From: Chiloscyllium plagiosum
Taxonomy: Eukaryota
DNA: 64,000 bases
NCBI RefSeq assembly: GCF_004010195.1
Contig: NC_057758.1
Coordinates: 8,645,011-8,709,010, forward strand
Direction of reading: 5' to 3'
Part shown: piece by piece, positions 61,666 to 64,000 of the stretch
How the letters are laid out: each line of letters starts with the position of its first letter
How positions within the stretch are numbered: position 1 is the first letter of the stretch
Translations under genes and position numbers: made by a program
Notes under the pieces: generated by a model
Databases searched by the model: none
Told to the model about the DNA's origin: nothing
Seen by the model: the letters and a program-made list of their open reading frames with translations, nothing else

Positions 61666-63251
61666 AAATCATCCCATTCCTCGTGCATCACACAACAGCA
61701 AAGAAACACTATTGCCTGCCCCTCACATTCATGCANNNNNNNNNNNNNNNNNNNNNNNNNNNNNNNNNNNNNNNNNNNNNNNNNNNNNNNNNNNNNNNNN
61801 NNNNNNNNNNNNNNNNNNNNNNNNNNNNNNNNNNNNNNNNNNNNNNNNNNNNNNNNNNNNNNNNNNNNNNNNNNNNNNNNNNNNNNNNNNNNNNNNNNNN
61901 NNNNNNNNNNNNNNNNNNNNNNNNNNNNNNNNNNNNNNNNNNNNNNNNNNNNNNNNNNNNNNNNNNNNNNNNNNNNNNNNNNNNNNNNNNNNNNNNNNNN
62001 NNNNNNNNNNNNNNNNNNNNNNNNNNNNNNNNNNNNNNNNNNNNNNNNNNNNNNNNNNNNNNNNNNNNNNNNNNNNNNNNNNNNNNNNNNNNNNNNNNNN
62101 NNNNNNNNNNNNNNNNNNNNNNNNNNNNNNNNNNNNNNNNNNNNNNNNNNNNNNNNNNNNNNNNNNNNNNNNNNNNNNNNNNNNNNNNNNNNNNNNNNNN
62201 NNNNNNNNNNNNNNNNNNNNNNNNNNNNNNNNNNNNNNNNNNNNNNNNNNNNNNNNNNNNNNNNNNNNNNNNNNNNNNNNNNNNNNNNNNNNNNNNNNNN
62301 NNNNNNNNNNNNNNNNNNNNNNNNNNNNNNNNNNNNNNNNNNNNNNNNNNNNNNNNNNNNNNNNNNNNNNNNNNNNNNNNNNNNNNNNNNNNNNNNNNNN
62401 NNNNNNNNNNNNNNNNNNNNNNNNNNNNNNNNNNNCATTTGTATTTCAGATTTCCACTATCTCTAATATTTTGCTTTTTCTTTATTGGTCTGGATGTTGA
62501 CCCCGGTTATATTTGGACAATATGCTCCATTCCTGTTCCCATCACCTGTGCCAGTGACACATGTATTACACTGTAGTCTGTTTCTTCTTTAAGTTCAGAA
62601 AATAAATGCGCTGATCTCATTGAAGTGATTTTGATGCTCAGTGCCTTTAGAGACAGCTAAACTTGGACAAATAGGAATAAAATATTAATTATGACATTGT
62701 CTGCGCGTTTAATGTCTAATCTTGTCTCCTCAGTCTCTAAACATTTTCAATACATTTCTCTGAATGATTTCAGCAAAGATGGTTGCCATGCAGCCCATCA
62801 TCTCTGTACCAGCTCGGTATGAGCTGAATCCTCATTGTTACTCTGCTGTAAATCACAGTAACCCAACACATTTTCTCATCTGTGTCTGTTGTTATTTCTG
62901 AATATCCGATGCAGATATAAACAATCTTAACAACCTGTCTAACCTGTGATTAAACAGTCTGTATATATGATATAATTCTGCACATCATATTTAAAATTGT
63001 CCTGTCTATTCACATTGTTGATCAGCATTCCATATAACAAAGTTTATCTGTTATCTTGCTCTGCAGTGCATTTCATTCCATTTGTCAGAAACAGTGATGG
63101 CTGAATACTCGTGACTGGGAGATATTACTGTACTGCCCTCAGGTCTCCTCAGTCACTGGACGCAGCCCTTTCTGTCTCATAGCCATTATCATATTTATTC
63201 TTTCACTGACTCATTAATTCATGGCTGTTAATTATCAAGGTTATTGTACGT

Positions 63252-63875
63252 TGTTATGGACCAGGGCTGACCCCTCAAAACATTCTTGAGCACGTTTCCC
63301 AGACCATAATGTTGCCATTTGTTGAAGTTAAGTGTAAAGTGGATATTCTCAGAGTGAGTTAGCTGGTCCAAATGCCGACTTTTAAATAAACAGAATATAT
63401 TGACAAAAATAAGGAATGAAATACAACTAACTGAAAATGCTATACCTGAATAATTCATCCTATCCGAAACTGACAGGCAATCTCCAATTTTGATGCTGAT
63501 CCAAATTACTTACAACAATTCAAATAATCAAACCCCTGAGCACAAAGTGTAAACATTACACAAAAAAGCTTACAGGTTATGAAGTCAGCGGACTGAAGGA
63601 GGGGGCGTACGTCCAATTTCAACAGTGAACCTGACTCAACTAACCCTCGAACTGAACTGACCTTTGCAGCTGGAGAGCTGGCCACATCCCCTTGATTACA
63701 CCAGTTTTATTAAAAGGCTTGAGAACCTTCTGCCCGAGACATTATCTGTTCGGTAAAAAAGAGGACACCAATGAAGCATTGAAAACTGAGACATTGTGGA
63801 ACATTGGGTCGTTTAGAACCTCTCTGAAAGCATTCAAGGACAACATAACCTAGTAAAGAGACCGCCTATGTGACA
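63252..63875. mobile_element. Possible solo LTR of a third family
   Basis: TGTTA...TGACA inverted termini, ~620 bp, internal AATAAA. No second copy in the window and only a poor target-site duplication. Confidence 0.4.
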
Positions 63876-64000
63876 ACACACCTAAAATAAAACTGAATCT
63901 TCAATATACAAGATGGCTTCTGTTTTCCAAATCTCCAAAATTAGTAGTTTGTACTCTACAATGGGCGCACGTACATTCGTTTACTATAAAAATGCAAACA

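Noticed and set aside
63095..63145. TGRYYCTA resembling the end of an Ig V domain
   Set aside because: There is an in-frame stop just upstream, no first Cys or Trp, and no RSS.

Overview
This is gapped eukaryotic genomic DNA, almost certainly from a shark or other elasmobranch: it carries HE1/V-SINE copies with (TCTAA)n tails and their partner CR1/HER1-type LINEs. There are six N-gaps (6944-7658, 17355-17854, 23303-24198, 34655-35154, 58809-59308, 61736-62434). Most of the window is transposon debris: many CR1-like LINE fragments, one L1/Tx1-like LINE, two kinds of SINE, Penelope-like elements of more than one type (RT, GIY-YIG, hammerhead-ribozyme tails), and Gmr1-type Gypsy LTR elements with tRNA-Pro primer-binding sites plus solo LTRs. 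The only host gene I can recognise is a disabled GPR139/GPR142-like class A GPCR exon (21901-22759, minus). I see no intact protein-coding host gene and no clearly new biological system. The best second-look items are an intact-looking minimal hammerhead ribozyme (48049-48086), a 112-bp-arm hairpin built from two ribozyme-bearing Penelope tails (6701-6943), a Penelope insertion with rearranged junctions inside a Gmr1-like element, and several unexplained coding-like islands. All calls were made by eye with no database search, and TE boundaries are approximate.
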